64,000 nucleotides of DNA, from assembly GCA_041738235.1 (NCBI GenBank), contig JBGSQF010000004.1, positions 6,215-70,214 of the forward strand, in the 5' to 3' direction. A program made the translations under genes and the position numbers. The notes beneath the pieces are model-generated. The model was not told the DNA's origin, made no database searches, and saw only the letters and a program-made list of their open reading frames with translations. Below are positions 63,109-64,000 of this stretch, in pieces (the first letter of the stretch is position 1; every line of letters begins with the position of its first letter). The DNA is from Minisyncoccia bacterium. Lineage in GTDB: Bacteria > Patescibacteriota > Minisyncoccia > Moranbacterales > GCA-2747515.

Positions 63109-64000
63109 CTTGTGTCTTGTTTATTGGAGTGACATCGCTCCACAGAATGGCCCCCACGACGCACAGAATGCCCGCCACGTGCACAGAATAGATCGGGGTA
63201 TCAAAGATAGCATGAACAGAAAAAGTTATCAAAGAAACGGCTCCTGCGAAAAATACCACGTCCTTTTTTGCAAGAAGCAAAGACCGTCTCATGGCCCATA
63301 CCATCCCAATGACCCATAAGGCAAGACCTGCAAACCCCATTTCTGTGGCAATATCCAAATACAGATCGTGCGCATAGATCGGGTCACGATACGTGGCGCT
63401 TGGCTGAACCGTTTCCGGGTATCCGCCAAGTCCAACTCCGAGAAAAGGATTCTCAGTCACAACATCCCAAGCCTGTCCCCACAAAAAAAGTCGCTCCTCT
63501 CCCGAAGCGTCCACGGAAAAAAGTGTTGATTCAAGTCGATCTCGAACAAAATTGTTCGTTCCCAGCGTCACACCAACCATACACACCAAGCAAGTAAGAG
63601 CAAAAAGACCCTCACGAAAACGCAATAAACGATCGCGAACAAATATTGCTCCGATCACCAAAAATCCAACAAAAAGGCCGATGTATGCCCCCCGAGAGAA
63701 CGACAAAAAAATCGCCAAGACCATAAAAAGAGCAGCGACCAAATATATTTTCTTTTTTTCCTTTAAAAAGAGAAAAAGTGCCCAGGGAAAACACACTTCC
63801 AGGAAGAAAGCGAACACATGCGGATCTGGAAACACTGCAATGGCACGAAATATGGTGATCCCTCCAACATTGACCAACCAACTCGAATATTCCAAGACCG
63901 TTTCAGAAAACACCCCTCCAAGGAAAAATGGGGCTATGTACTCCCTCCAAATAAAGAGCGTTGTCTCAAGACCAAATACAAATTGCCCCAGCCACTGAAA
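63092..64000 (-). CDS. second O-antigen ligase / Wzy_C-family membrane protein; 5' end runs off the right window edge
   Basis: The track gives 63092..63913 from a GTG, but the frame stays open to the window edge (QWLGQFVFGLETTLFIWREYIAPFFLGG upstream of VFSETV). Wzy_C motifs: SRGAYIGLF, ERLFLWGQAWDVVTENPFLGVGLGGYPE, AHDLYLDIATEMGFAGL. Confidence 0.7.
   Translation of the reverse strand, partial: FQWLGQFVFGLETTLFIWREYIAPFFLGGVFSETVLEYSSWLVNVGGITIFRAIAVFPDPHVFAFFLEVCFPWALFLFLKEKKKIYLVAALFMVLAIFLSFSRGAYIGLFVGFLVIGAIFVRDRLLRFREGLFALTCLVCMVGVTLGTNNFVRDRLESTLFSVDASGEERLFLWGQAWDVVTENPFLGVGLGGYPETVQPSATYRDPIYAHDLYLDIATEMGFAGLALWVIGMVWAMRRSLLLAKKDVVFFAGAVSLITFSVHAIFDTPIYSVHVAGILCVVGAILWSDVTPINKTQDEKNS

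Noticed and set aside
1-64000. Alternative genetic code (UGA reassigned, as in some CPR lineages).
   Set aside because: Long conserved genes (ftsH, pnp, gyrA, pcrA, comM, ddl) are uninterrupted under the standard code and stop at the expected positions.

Overview
This window is a 64-kb chromosomal segment from a compact, mid-GC (about 45%) bacterium, read in the standard genetic code. Long conserved genes (ftsH, pnp, gyrA, pcrA) are intact without UGA recoding. Gene content and organisation look like a Patescibacteria/CPR-type genome: housekeeping genes are interleaved with many small secreted or membrane hypotheticals, cell-wall hydrolases and a type-IV-secretion-like locus. Most tRNA genes lack an encoded CCA.

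The housekeeping set is: ribonucleotide reductase (partial), SOD, peroxiredoxin, L-LDH, RluA-family pseudouridine synthase, L19, a GMP-kinase homolog with a broken P-loop, TilS, FtsH, XerC/D, PcrA, KsgA, Ddl, ComM, LspA, YraN, rpsO-NYN-pnp, GyrA, RbfA, NrnA, UDG and S1. There are 10 tRNA genes in three clusters.

The most notable items are:
1. An 830-bp non-coding array of eight near-perfect 16-bp parS-type palindromes (TGTTCCACGTGGAACA, the ParB/Spo0J centromere consensus). It sits next to gyrA and tRNA genes.
2. A co-directional locus of about 17 kb at 44.8-62 kb that looks like a conjugation/T4SS-type secretion or pilus system. It has a sigma-70 consensus promoter, a LysM-CHAP hydrolase, a VirB6-like polytopic protein, a PrgI/VirB3-like protein, a VirB4 ATPase split into two ORFs, a 929-aa Cys-rich surface protein and a beta-propeller protein. 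It also carries two paralogous Cys-rich proteins with a VirB2-pilin-like two-helix hairpin, which share a roughly 320-bp near-identical DNA repeat. Two tandem O-antigen-ligase (Wzy_C) family genes follow.
3. Three small compositional islands. An AT-rich Fic gene follows a tRNA cluster in which the tRNA-Leu 3' end is duplicated around a 151-bp insert. A GC-rich (about 62%) secreted-protein gene is flanked by strong palindromes.
4. A 667-bp structured non-coding region with a perfect 20-bp palindrome that carries divergent extended -10 elements. It may encode a small RNA.

Coordinates of start codons were adjusted where the ORF track obviously over-extended.
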